A DNA stretch of 49,352 bases. Source: Octopus bimaculoides. Taxonomy: Eukaryota. Location: NCBI RefSeq assembly GCF_001194135.2, contig NC_068982.1, forward strand, positions 162,334,065 through 162,383,416. Reading direction: 5' to 3'. Position 1 is the first letter of the stretch. The number at the start of each line of letters is the position of its first letter. Both the position numbers and the translations under genes were made by a program. Shown here piece after piece: positions 1 through 11,325 of this stretch. The notes below the pieces were generated by a model, which searched no databases, had not been told where the DNA came from, and saw nothing but the letters and a program-made list of their open reading frames with translations.

Positions 1-54
<54 letters not shown>
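1..54. repeat. (AT)n(AG)n compound microsatellite
   Basis: Directly visible dinucleotide runs. Confidence 0.98.
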
Positions 55-608
55 GGAACCTGTGGAAGAGGTAGACCCACGAAGACCTGGGATGAGGTGG
101 TGAAGCACAACCTTCAAACGTTGGGCCTCACCAAGGCAATGACTAGTGACCGAGACCTTTGGAGATAGGCTGTGCTTGAGAAGACCTGGCAAGCCAAGTG
201 AGACCATAACCGTGACCTAGGCCAGTGCAGCATAACCAGCCCATTTAAGAGCACCCTTAAATCATTGGGCAATAGACTGCACTTGCGAAGACCCGTTGTG
301 GCATATGAAGTCGTTGTTGTGGCCAATGACAGTGCCACCTGATTGGCACCCATGCCAGTGGCACGTAAAAAGCACCATTCAAGCATAGTCAATGACAGTA
401 CCACCTGACTGGCCCTCATGCCGGTAGCATGTAAAAAGCACCCACCACACTCTCTGAGTGGTTGGCGTTAGGAAGGGCATCCAGCTGTAGAAACATTGCC
501 AGATCAGATTGGAGCCTGGTGTACCTTCTGGCTCACCAGCCCTCAGTCAAACCGTCCAACCTATACCAATATGAAAAGAGGATGTTAAACGATGATGACG
601 ATGATGAT
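54..608 (+). mobile_element. RTE-clade LINE, 5'-truncated 3' end
   Basis: Encodes the RTE ORF C-terminus (GTCGRGRPTKTWDEVVKH..LGLT..MTSDRDLW), then a 3' UTR with AGGAAGGGCATCCAGCTGTAGAAAC and a (GAT)n tail. Homologous to the copies at 25.4, 30.3, 41.1 and 44.1 kb. Confidence 0.85.
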
Positions 609-1209
609 ATAGATATATCTATGTGTGTATAAGTTAGGCACGTGGCATGAGCAAACAGTCAGAGTAGGCTGTAGGCATTAATGAGAAAGATAGTAAAGAA
701 AAGGCTATAACACCATGAGACAACAATGTAAAAATATTTTGAAAACCAAAAATTAATTACCTGCTAATATATGTGTGAGTTAGTGAGTGAGTATGTGAGT
801 GTGTTTGTGTAGAGGGAGCCGGGTTAGAGTATAGTTGAATGATTACAAAATTTGCTTTGCAACTATTATGCATGGCACAGATGCAAATAGCTTATAAGTA
901 AAATTGAGTAGGTAGAAACTGTTTGAAACTCATTGAGTGGATCGTACTGGCAATTCAAAAAGCACACTCTGCGTCATGCTGATTCTACCTAAAATTTTAC
1001 ATTAATGATACACACGTTTGTAGACTCCTTAGCCACTGACACTTACATTTAAGGGTATTTGATTCAGTTAATTGAGCAACTGAATCCTGTGGGATATAGA
1101 ATATGGAATATAGAATATAAATAGTAAAATGAAATGAAGTATTGAATGTCTTATTGAATATATGAAATATTGAGTATTAAATATATAAGGCCTAGTATAC
1201 TTTCCTGCC

Positions 1210-1239
1210 TCATATACACACACACACATATATATATAT

Positions 1240-1270
<31 letters not shown>

Positions 1271-1320
1271 AACAAAAGACAAAGATGTGTGTACATACAT
1301 ACACACATACACATACATAG
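1210..1320. repeat. (TA)/(CA) microsatellite cluster
   Basis: Directly visible. Confidence 0.9.
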
Positions 1321-2029
1321 AAACATCATTAGGAAGGTTTCGTTCATGTGGTTTTTAAAATACTGTAGAAAAATCACTGAAAGGGTATACTTTGAATCTC
1401 AGTGTAACTTCAAGATAGAACATTCTGTAGTTCACACTTCAATAATTACAAGAAATATTCAGAGAATGAAGACAATCATTCTACATCACTTTCATTGATT
1501 TCCCAAAGGTTTTGGATCTTGTTGTTAGAGAGACGGCCTGTTCAAATTTCTTGCCAAGATTGGGCACCCTCCAGTCACAAAAACCAAGCTAATTGATATA
1601 TATGTGTACCAGTCTTTAGAAGCAGTAGTTTGCCCTAGGAGGTAACCCAGACTGTGATGACCCATTCAACCTGTGCCAACATGGAAAGTAAATGTAAATG
1701 ATGATGATGATGATGTATATATGTCTGAATCCTTTACTTCAATCATATCACCACAGGTGGCCTTAACAGGTGTGCTAAACTTCTGACAGCATTGTTTCAG
1801 TGTCATTGGACCACAAAACCCATCCATCGTGATAAGAAACATTAATGAAACCACTTGAAGATTTCAAAAGGTGCACCAGGTATAAGTGAGCAAAAGTTAG
1901 TAGGTCATAAATGGAAGATAACTCAGTATATTTTCATGCAGTATGCACCAAATTTTAACAGTTTTGTTCTTCGTTCCAGCATATTGGTTTCAAATTTTGA
2001 TGCAAGGCCAGCAGTTTTGGTGGACAAGC

Positions 2030-2200
2030 TAAGACAATTACATCAACCCCAGTGCTCAACTGGTACTTATTCTATTGACCCTGAAAGGATGAAAGGCAAA
2101 GTTAACACCAGTAGCATTTGAACTCAGAACATAAAGACAGATGAAACATAGCTAAGCATTTTGCCCAGCATGCTAATGATTCTACCAACTCACTGCTTTT
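2030..2200 (-). mobile_element. tRNA-derived SINE, degenerate copy
   Basis: Shares ACCCCAGT..ACTGGTACTTA..GACCCTGAAAGGATGAAAGGCAAAGT..ATTTGAACTCAGAAC with the copies at 19562 and 42771. GAGTTCAAAT on the minus strand is B-box-like. Confidence 0.8.
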
Positions 2201-2275
2201 TTACTTTCTGACACATTGATAGCATCTGAATGGCATATTTCAGTCTGATACAAAAAAAGAAAAAGTATGCTATAC

Positions 2276-2700
2276 TCATGGCTCTAGATGCCAGCCACTG
2301 TGACTTAGAGATGCCAGCTTCTTGAACTTGGCCAGGTCTTTCATGTTCAGTGTTAAGAAAGAGCTGGAGGCCTCTAGCAGGTATGTGTTATCTATGGCTA
2401 ACATCATTAGAATAGTGGAGTTCCTCCAGAAAATCTGGGATGACCTAATGGATTGATGGGTGCCATTACCAAGCAGCTCAAGGTGGTGGAGCCTACTATT
2501 TGATGTATGGTGCACAAGGGCATCAGGCACAAGTCTTTCATGATAAGGAGAGGAAGGTCCATGTTCACTAAGAACCTAGAGAAATTTGTGATTATGTGAC
2601 ACCCAACATCATGCAATATCTTAGCTCTGTTCATTTTAACCACCTGAACTGCTGCACCTCAAGTATCATTTAGTGTAATTAGCCAGTAGACCCACAATAA
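2276..2700 (-). mobile_element. Possible highly decayed non-LTR retrotransposon 3' fragment
   Basis: GC-richer tract whose broken minus-strand frames loosely resemble LINE ORF2 C-termini. No diagnostic motif. Confidence 0.25.
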
Positions 2701-3997
2701 ATGTAGTAGGTGGGGAGGAGGTTACCTGATCCTGGCATCCACTTACTCTCATGGCCACATCATATCTTCATTTAGGCTGAGTTGTAGAATGGCATGTTCC
2801 TTTCATGTTTGTTGTTGAATGTGTGTGCTGTTATTCTAGGAATTGTTTTCTTGTTTGCTATTTGTTTTCTCTTACATTTTCTTTTGTTCTCAGTTGCCTG
2901 ACGCATTAAAGAGAAAGTTTTTTTTAACACTGAAAAATTTCAACATTCGCAATGCTGCCATATTTTTTTAGATACTGTCACTACATATACATACATGCAT
3001 ACATACACCCACACATAGACATATGCATGCACACACACATACATACATACAGGCATACATACAAAAGCCTAACAAGACTTTTGGTCAACTGATTTGTAAG
3101 AGTTTAACTGACTGCCTACTGTATGGATCGAGATTGACCAAGGGTTACACAACACTATCACCAACTATAAACGTTACTGTGTGTATTTATATCATTTTTT
3201 ACTAATGACTACATTCACCATTTCCTAATATTATACTATGCTGTACATCAACATATCATCATTACTGTACAATATATGAATGAAAAATGTAAGGAATAAG
3301 ATATATTTGCTATTTTTAACTGTGGTTTCATATGATCTCTGATTCGATTAATTATTTAAATTTGCATGGGTGGAATGAATATTGTGGAGTTAGCATTAGG
3401 TTTAAGGTTCAGACTAGTTTCTTTATCTTTTGCTTAATCACGATACTAGTTATGATATTTTAAGCAGTAGTTAACACCTCATTGTTCATGTGTGACACAC
3501 GCCAACAAGGAGCTTCTCAGTCATCGCTCCTTCACTTGCTATTATCTTTAAAATCTCCTTCACCTGCTACTATCTTAAAAAAATAATAAATTGCATATTT
3601 AATAATAAATTTCTAGATATACTATGTCTGGAAAGGAAAAAAAAGATCCTATCAAGAACACTTTTGAACATAGATTATTGACAGGGTTATATCTTATTAC
3701 ACGTACAATATCTTATTACACATACTCAAGTGAAATAAAATTATTCAAAGTATTGTTGTTTATCTTCAAATCAGTCCTGATTGAGCAACTTTTCAGCTCT
3801 GACTTGTTTTTGAAACAGCGTGTTTAAAGCTACATTGTCTTATGTGCCCTCTATCATTTATCAGAAGAAAATTGTTTTACCATTTCTAACTGATCAAGTG
3901 ACAATGCAAAAGATTTTCATTTCCAATACATGTTATTCCAATATATCCTTTTGTTGTAGGGGTAATATCAGTTCTAACTGAGCAAAAAAGTCAAATA

Positions 3998-4258
3998 ATT
4001 CTTGTATTGTTATGAAAATTAAGTTGAAAATATACCAAGATAACCTGTGTATGATATGCAAGTAAAGAAAAGAGGTAGAATCTAACTATACAAGGGATTT
4101 TGCCCAAAGATTTAGAAATACTAATATGTCAACAGTGACTGTCAATTTGGTGATCTAAATAGAATGTAACTCTTGCACCCAATGACATTTTGCTATTGTA
4201 TTAAAAGCCTGTACTTTACTTATTGATCTTCAGTACCTTTTTTAATATTAGATCTGTG
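3998..4258 (+). repeat. Direct duplication, copy 1 (about 260 bp)
   Basis: Aligns to 4778-5039 with about 5 substitutions and a 1-bp indel. Confidence 0.95.
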
Positions 4259-4777
4259 TTAGACTTGCTGCCTCCAATAACTGTGAAACTAGGTTTTCTA
4301 TTGTTGCCTGTAAACAGTTATATTGTTGGACTCATCTACATCTCTTAACTTCAACTTGACATTTTCTTTCTTGATATTACTAATAACCTTAAGAAATGAC
4401 ACATCAGCACATGCTTTTTCTTATCCTTCATAAATATATTCCATATATTATGTATAAACAATCCCCTCCAACAATTTGTTAGCTCTATTGACTTCACCAA
4501 TCACACAAATTTAAGATGTGATATTCAGGCTTTATTTCCTCTCCAAAGTATGTAGGGCCTCTGTCAGTCAGTGTTGGCCATGCATTAGTACATGTATACA
4601 CTGGTCAGCACTAGATTTGTGTAACAAAATTTTAGTTTGTTTTCTTTTTTTGTGTGTTTGGTTAATAAGTGTTATTTTTTATTTGCTTCTATCTAGAAAC
4701 CAAACAAAATGACTATTGCATTTGTGACCTGGACAGCAATGTTTTGAAATTGAACAATTTTCTATTATATTACTGAC

Positions 4778-5039
4778 ATTCTTATATTGTTATGAAAATT
4801 TAGTTGAAAATATACCAAGATAACCTGTGTATGATATGCAAGTAAAGAAAAGAGGTAGAATCTAACTATACAAGAGATTTTGTCCAAAGATTTAGTAATA
4901 CTAATATGTCAACAGTGACTGTCAATTTGGTGATCTAAATAGAATGTTAACTCTTGCACCCAATGACATTTTGCTATTGTATTAAAAGCCTGTACTTTAC
5001 TTATTGATCTTCAGTACCTTTTTTAATATTAGATCTGTG
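4778..5039 (+). repeat. Direct duplication, copy 2
   Basis: Aligns to 3998-4258. Confidence 0.95.
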
Positions 5040-5499
5040 AAGCAGAAATATCATTATAGCAAATATTCTGCTCAATACCACAGAGTTGCTTGTCCTTAAC
5101 CACTTGAGCATGTCCCTTAGTGGCTGACAATAACATGTGCATCTCTGATCATGAACAGGAGTAGTGGGAGAGCATCATAGCCATGTATTGAGAGAGATTC
5201 TTTGGAGTTTGAATAAATGTAACAAAAGCAAAGTTTGAAAGAAATATTAACTGTTTTTCATACTTTCTAGGGGAATAATAATAGTTGTTACCCAAGGACA
5301 AAAATAGTGTTACACTGTTGTTTTTTATGGAGATCAGCAGGTGTCTATACATGCAAGTGTCCTGTCCTCAAACCATTAACATTTAGCGAACAGACTTGAG
5401 CCAACTTCAGTTAATATACCATCATTGTTATCAAAGAGCCAGAAAAGACACTGCAAAACATCTTGCCCAACTCTCTAACAGTTCTGATAATTCACCACC

Positions 5500-5630
5500 C
5501 TGGACTGGTACTTTTTATTGGCCTTGAATATATGAAAGGCAAAGTTGACCTCTACAGGATTTGAACTCATGCAGAGTCAGAACAAATACTGCAAAACATT
5601 CTAATTACTACTAATTCACCATCCTTCAAA
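5500..5630 (-). mobile_element. tRNA-derived SINE, degenerate copy
   Basis: CTGGTACTT..ATGAAAGGCAAAGTTGACCTC..GATTTGAACTC matches the family at 19562 and 42771. Confidence 0.65.
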
Positions 5631-6141
5631 ACAAATACAACTGAAGAGTTTAGCTGCACAAATGGAAACCTCTAGAAACTATGTAACCATCATCTGCCAA
5701 TCTCAATATACGGCTTTTAAAACAATGTATTCAAAATTGCAGTTTTCTTTAGTTTTTAATATCTTACCTTAAATATTTTAAACTCATTTGAGGGATCTTC
5801 CATAATGCTTACTGCTGAGTTTGCCCATATATGTTTTTGCTCAGCACTGTTTAACAATGTAACAAAATTTGTTTCAACAAACGAATTCACATAAAGAATC
5901 TTACAAACTAGGCACAAAAACGAAGTAAAATGTATACATGGTTCAGTATCCAGAGATCACAACACCTTCTCCAGAAAATGGTCTCAAAACCTTGTTATTA
6001 ATACTTTATCCTTGTAGCAATCGTGCATGTCAGCGGTAGAAAGGCAAGAGGGGAAAAAAAGAGAAAATATATTCCCACGACAGGTAAACAGCATGCCAAA
6101 GTAGCTTGTAGCAGGAAGCTAAAAAATAAGGACGCTCTTAC

Positions 6142-6400
6142 CTCCTAATCAAATCAGAAGAGAGTATCCAGCTTCGCTTCACAAGAATCAGCAGAGCTCG
6201 TTGGTCGTACCCACACGTGTACACTTCTCTAACCTCTGGTCAGAAACTACTCTCCCTAGGAGATCCCTTCTACACGCCTGTTTCCCTCGACATTCTGACA
6301 AAGAAAGAGGATAATTAAATGCCCCGCTTCTTGACATAACGTCTCTTCCCTTCGTTACGTCACTGTTCTTCCCTCGCTTTCGGTCGCGATGCTTTCTTTC
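6142..6400 (-). promoter_or_regulatory. Candidate CpG-rich promoter / non-coding first exon
   Basis: Local CpG enrichment, CACGTG (6214-6219), TTACGTCA near 6355, and a consensus donor GAG|GTAAGA at 6142/6141 on the minus strand. No transcript evidence. Confidence 0.3.
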
Positions 6401-7189
6401 ATTCCTCCACACTATATCCCCATCAACCCCAAAATTGCCCAGCATATAGACAATACAATATTGTCACTGAATCTATTGGCCAGGGAATAAATATCATGCA
6501 ACATTTACTTATTTTTATTACAAATTTGGTTTCTATATCAGCTTTTAACCAGTGTTTTATTCCTCAAAAGGCTGTCTTTTATCACTACTGTAAGGAAGAT
6601 AGCTATACATGTTGTTTAGCTTCAAATTGGCCCCTAATACACATCATCATTGTTTAACGTCCGTTTTCCATACTGCCATAGGTTGATTGAGCCAGAGGAC
6701 TGCACCAAGCTCCAATTATTAAAAGCATTGTGGCCTTGACCATTTAACCTCTATTTCATGGTATTCTGTATTTAAAACTATAGAAACTAAGCTAATATAG
6801 TCTGAAACTTAAAATATATTTTTGTTGAACAAAGTAAACAGAAAAATACAAAAGTTTCGTTTCATTGAATAAATTTTTAACCCCGACAAATTACTCAGAA
6901 GCATGTACATTTAGCACCTGTCCTCTAAAGAAGCCATTTATTACTCCACGTTAAGCGAGTCTTGGGCTTTTGAAGTTATGTGAACTTTTGATACTACATT
7001 CCGATGGACTATTGTTGAGAATCCATTTATACCTAGTGAAACAGGTTTATTTATATTCAGATATAAATATATAAAATATTTATGACACGTTACACGCGCG
7101 CACGTATATACACTCACACACTCCCTCACACACATACACACTCATAAACATACTCGCGCGTGCGCGCGCGCACATACACACTGGAAATT

Positions 7190-7270
7190 TTTTCTTCCAA
7201 TTTGTTTTAAACATCGATTCCGAATTGGTAAAAAAGTTTTACAAAATGTCTACGTATGTTGCATACAGTT
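7190..7270 (-). pseudogene. hAT transposase fossil, distal fragment left of the Gypsy insertion
   Basis: Joining the flanks across the AGTT duplication gives one frame, ..YPFKAACLYIYKLYATYVDI.., resembling the start of the hAT dimerisation domain. Confidence 0.4.
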
Positions 7271-7635
7271 TATAAGAATTGGATGAGATATGACGGCTCG
7301 GCCATCTCTCCCCAGTTCTTATATTAATCATTAAAATCCAGAAATACAACAACACGAGGGATAACGGTAACAACAGATCAATAATTTATTCGAGGTTGGT
7401 GTAGAGCCGTTTCGTTCCTGGGTGAACAGGCATGCCGCTAGAATACCAAGGAAGCTTCGACCACATGTCGGTATCGAGTTGAGAGAGCACTGGAAGATAC
7501 GTGTTGTCACGACCGCTGCTAGATAGAGAAGAGGGCGAACGCTATTGCTCTCTCTCCACCTGTTGCATTGCGCATGCGTGCCCGGGTACTTCCGCTGACG
7601 GCAAGTCCCTTGCACATGCGCAATGGCACTTCCCA
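7271..7635 (-). repeat. 3' LTR (visible part; continues into gap, expected about 400 bp)
   Basis: 7320-7635 matches 12669-12984. AATAAA on the minus strand at 7385-7390. Left boundary inferred from the target duplication. Confidence 0.9.
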
Positions 7636-8190
7636 NNNNNNNNNNNNNNNNNNNNNNNNNNNNNNNNNNNNNNNNNNNNNNNNNNNNNNNNNNNNNNNNN
7701 NNNNNNNNNNNNNNNNNNNNNNNNNNNNNNNNNNNNNNNNNNNNNNNNNNNNNNNNNNNNNNNNNNNNNNNNNNNNNNNNNNNNNNNNNNNNNNNNNNNN
7801 NNNNNNNNNNNNNNNNNNNNNNNNNNNNNNNNNNNNNNNNNNNNNNNNNNNNNNNNNNNNNNNNNNNNNNNNNNNNNNNNNNNNNNNNNNNNNNNNNNNN
7901 NNNNNNNNNNNNNNNNNNNNNNNNNNNNNNNNNNNNNNNNNNNNNNNNNNNNNNNNNNNNNNNNNNNNNNNNNNNNNNNNNNNNNNNNNNNNNNNNNNNN
8001 NNNNNNNNNNNNNNNNNNNNNNNNNNNNNNNNNNNNNNNNNNNNNNNNNNNNNNNNNNNNNNNNNNNNNNNNNNNNNNNNNNNNNNNNNNNNNNNNNNNN
8101 NNNNNNNNNNNNNNNNNNNNNNNNNNNNNNNNNNNNNNNNNNNNNNNNNNNNNNNNNNNNNNNNNNNNNNNNNNNNNNNNNNNNNNNAGT

Positions 8191-8360
8191 GGTTTCTGGT
8201 GTGTGTGTTTGTGATGGTGTTGATGTTGGTGTATGCATTGGTAAAGATGTTGACAGTGGTGTGTGTGGTGGTAATGGTGTTGACAGTGGTGTGTGTGGTG
8301 GTAATGATGTTGACAGTGGCGTGTGTGGTGGTAATGATGTTGACAGTGGTGTGTGCGGTG
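8191..8360 (-). repeat. 30-bp tandem repeat in frame with the integrase C-terminus
   Basis: Units start at 8191, 8221, 8251, 8281, 8311 and 8341 and translate as (PHTPLSTSLP)n. Confidence 0.9.
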
Positions 8361-11283
8361 TTCGAAAAGCGGGCACGTCGTCCACGGAAGTTGAGGGTTT
8401 GTCAAGGTACGCTTTTTTCAGACGGTCGACAGACACAATCTCTGTACGACCATTAGCGTCGACCTTGAAGAAATTTGGAGTGCGAGAAAGCACACAAAAG
8501 GGTCCTTTATAGGGAGAAACAAGGGGTCCTTTGACAGAATCATCCCTAATAAACACGTGAGACCAAGACTCAATGTTTTCTGGCATTTGAGAGGGAGGTG
8601 ACTGTTGTCTGGGACCCATAGCTGGAAGATTGGAGAAATACTCCCGCAACCGAGTAACATAGGACTCTGGATGTGGTGGTTGTGACGAGTCTGGTACCAC
8701 CATCGTACCAGGCAACGCCAGTGTGGTACCATAAAGAAGCTCCGCCGAGGAGAAACCCNNNNNNNNNNNNNNNNNNNNNNNNNNNNNNNNNNNNNNNNNN
8801 NNNNNNNNNNNNNNNNNNNNNNNNNNNNNNNNNNNNNNNNNNNNNNNNNNNNNNNNNNNNNNNNNNNNNNNNNNNNNNNNNNNNNNNNNNNNNNNNNNNN
8901 NNNNNNNNNNNNNNNNNNNNNNNNNNNNNNNNNNNNNNNNNNNNNNNNNNNNNNNNNNNNNNNNNNNNNNNNNNNNNNNNNNNNNNNNNNNNNNNNNNNN
9001 NNNNNNNNNNNNNNNNNNNNNNNNNNNNNNNNNNNNNNNNNNNNNNNNNNNNNNNNNNNNNNNNNNNNNNNNNNNNNNNNNNNNNNNNNNNNNNNNNNNN
9101 NNNNNNNNNNNNNNNNNNNNNNNNNNNNNNNNNNNNNNNNNNNNNNNNNNNNNNNNNNNNNNNNNNNNNNNNNNNNNNNNNNNNNNNNNNNNNNNNNNNN
9201 NNNNNNNNNNNNNNNNNNNNNNNNNNNNNNNNNNNNNNNNNNNNNNNNNNNNNNNNNNNNNNNNNNNNNNNNNNNNNNNNNNNNNNNNNNNNNNNNNNNN
9301 NNNNNNNNNNNNNNNNNNNNNNNNNNNNNNNNNNNNNNNNNNNNNNNNNNNNNNNNNNNNNNNNNNNNNNNNNNNNNNNNNNNNNNNNNNNNNNNNNNNN
9401 NNNNNNNNNNNNNNNNNNNNNNNNNNNNNNNNNNNNNNNNNNNNNNNNNNNNNNNNNNNNNNNNNNNNNNNNNNNNNNNNNCGCAGAGATGCCCGAGTGT
9501 GACAAGGAATGAAGGGCATCAAAAACAGAACGTTGATGGTTCTCAGGCACTAAGGGCCTGGGAGAACCGGTGGAAGTGTCACACAAAATAGAGCCTTCGG
9601 AGGAAGGGAGCGGAAGATAGGCAAACTTACAAGTATGGTACTTTGGTGAAGTTAAGTCTAAACTCGACAAAGGAGGTTGCTCCTGCGAAATTGCTAGCAA
9701 ATCGATTACCGCGGGAGTGGAAATAGAATGCACAGGGAGTCGCGAAAGAGCATCAGCTGGGATGTTCTCTTTCCCTGGCACATGACGAATGTCACCTGTA
9801 AACTGTGAAATAAAGTCCAGGTGACGAAAAGCCCGAGGAGAGAGTTTGTCCGTTTTAGAGGACAGCAAAAGTGAGGGGCTTGTGATCAGTATAAATCACA
9901 AACTCCCGTCCTTCGAGCTGATGTTGGAAATGCCGAACTGACAGATAGATCGCTAATAGCACGCGATCAAAAGTGCTATATCTGCGCTCGGCAGGCTGTA
10001 GTTGGCAAGAAAAGAAAGCCAAAGGTTGTATGTTTCCATCTACGGTGTGGTGTAAGACAGCACCAACCGCAGAATCTGATGCGTCCACAGATAATGAAAG
10101 GGGGGCATCAGGGGCCGGATGTGCAAGGACGGGAACGGAGGATAATTCCCGTTTGACGGACTCAAAAGCTGACAACGCCTCAGCAGAAAGAGTGAGTCGA
10201 GCATCCTTCTTAGTATGGCCTTGCAGTAGCCTAGTTAATGGAAGAAGCTTATCAGCACATCGGTTTATNNNNNNNNNNNNNNNNNNNNNNNNNNNNNNNN
10301 NNNNNNNNNNNNNNNNNNNNNNNNNNNNNNNNNNNNNNNNNNNNNNNNNNNNNNNNNNNNNNNNNNNNNNNNNNNNNNNNNNNNNNNNNNNNNNNNNNNN
10401 NNNNNNNNNNNNNNNNNNNNNNNNNNNNNNNNNNNNNNNNNNNNNNNNNNNNNNNNNNNNNNNNNNNNNNNNNNNNNNNNNNNNNNNNNNNNNNNNNNNN
10501 NNNNNNNNNNNNNNNNNNNNNNNNNNNNNNNNNNNNNNNNNNNNNNNNNNNNNNNNNNNNNNNNNNNNNNNNNNNNNNNNNNNNNNNNNNNNNNNNNNNN
10601 NNNNNNNNNNNNNNNNNNNNNNNNNNNNNNNNNNNNNNNNNNNNNNNNNNNNNNNNNNNNNNNNNNNNNNNNNNNNNNNNNNNNNNNNNNNNNNNNNNNN
10701 NNNNNNNNNNNNNNNNNNNNNNNNNNNNNNNNNNNNNNNNNNNNNNNNNNNNNNNNNNNNNNNNNNNNNNNNNNNNNNNNNNNNNNNNNNNNNNNNNNNN
10801 NNNNNNNNNNNNNNNNNNNNNNNNNNNNNNNNNNNNNNNNNNNNNNNNNNNNNNNNNNNNNNNNNNNNNNNNNNNNNNNNNNNNNNNNNNNNNNNNNNNN
10901 NNNNNNNNNNNNNNNNNNNNNNNNNNNNNNNNNNNNNNNNNNNNNNNNNNNNNNNNNNNNNNNNNNNNNNNNNNNNNNNNNNNNNNNNNNNNNNNNNNNN
11001 NNNNNNNNNNNNNNNNNNNNNNNNNNNNNNNNNNNNNNNNNNNNNNNNNNNNNNNNNNNNNNNNNNNNNNNNNNNNNNNNNNNNNNNNNNNNNNTAGAGA
11101 AAGCTGACCAAAGGTAGGAATCGGGGACGAGTCAACGGCGTGCAAAACAATCGCCGAGAGGCGAGGTTTGTCTACAGTAAGACGAAGTGGCCAAATGCTA
11201 CAACAGGAACCAGTGTCAACCATGAAGAATTTCTTCGACACCTGGTCCTGAATGAATATTGCACGATTGAAAGTTGGTTGAGT

Positions 11284-11325
11284 GGAGGAAAGTGACGACC
11301 TCATTTCCCCCTTTACGCGTTTCCC
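11284..11325 (-). promoter_or_regulatory. -1 programmed ribosomal frameshift signal (G_GGA_AAC, 7-nt spacer, stem-loop)
   Basis: Heptamer 11325-11319 is in the gag frame two codons before TAA. The -1 frame runs without a stop into the protease. Stem GGGGGAAA/TTTCCTCC at 11311-11284. Confidence 0.85.

Larger units (their letters stand above)
8188..11325 (-). pseudogene. Gypsy pol (PR-RT-RH-IN), frameshifted near 9865, stop hidden in gap
   Basis: FMVDTGSCCSIWP (protease); LSVDASDSAVGAVL, YSTFDRVLLAIY, VIYTDHKPL (RNase H); LHSLSHSG (IN zinc finger); YKGPFCVL..VSVDRLK (GPY/F). The frame changes after DHKPLTFA. Confidence 0.92.

Noticed and set aside
7314-7317. Alternative AGTT TSD placing the LTR end at 7318
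   Set aside because: It does not restore the flanking hAT frame, whereas 7267-7270 does. It is not fully excluded because the matching LTR end is in a gap.
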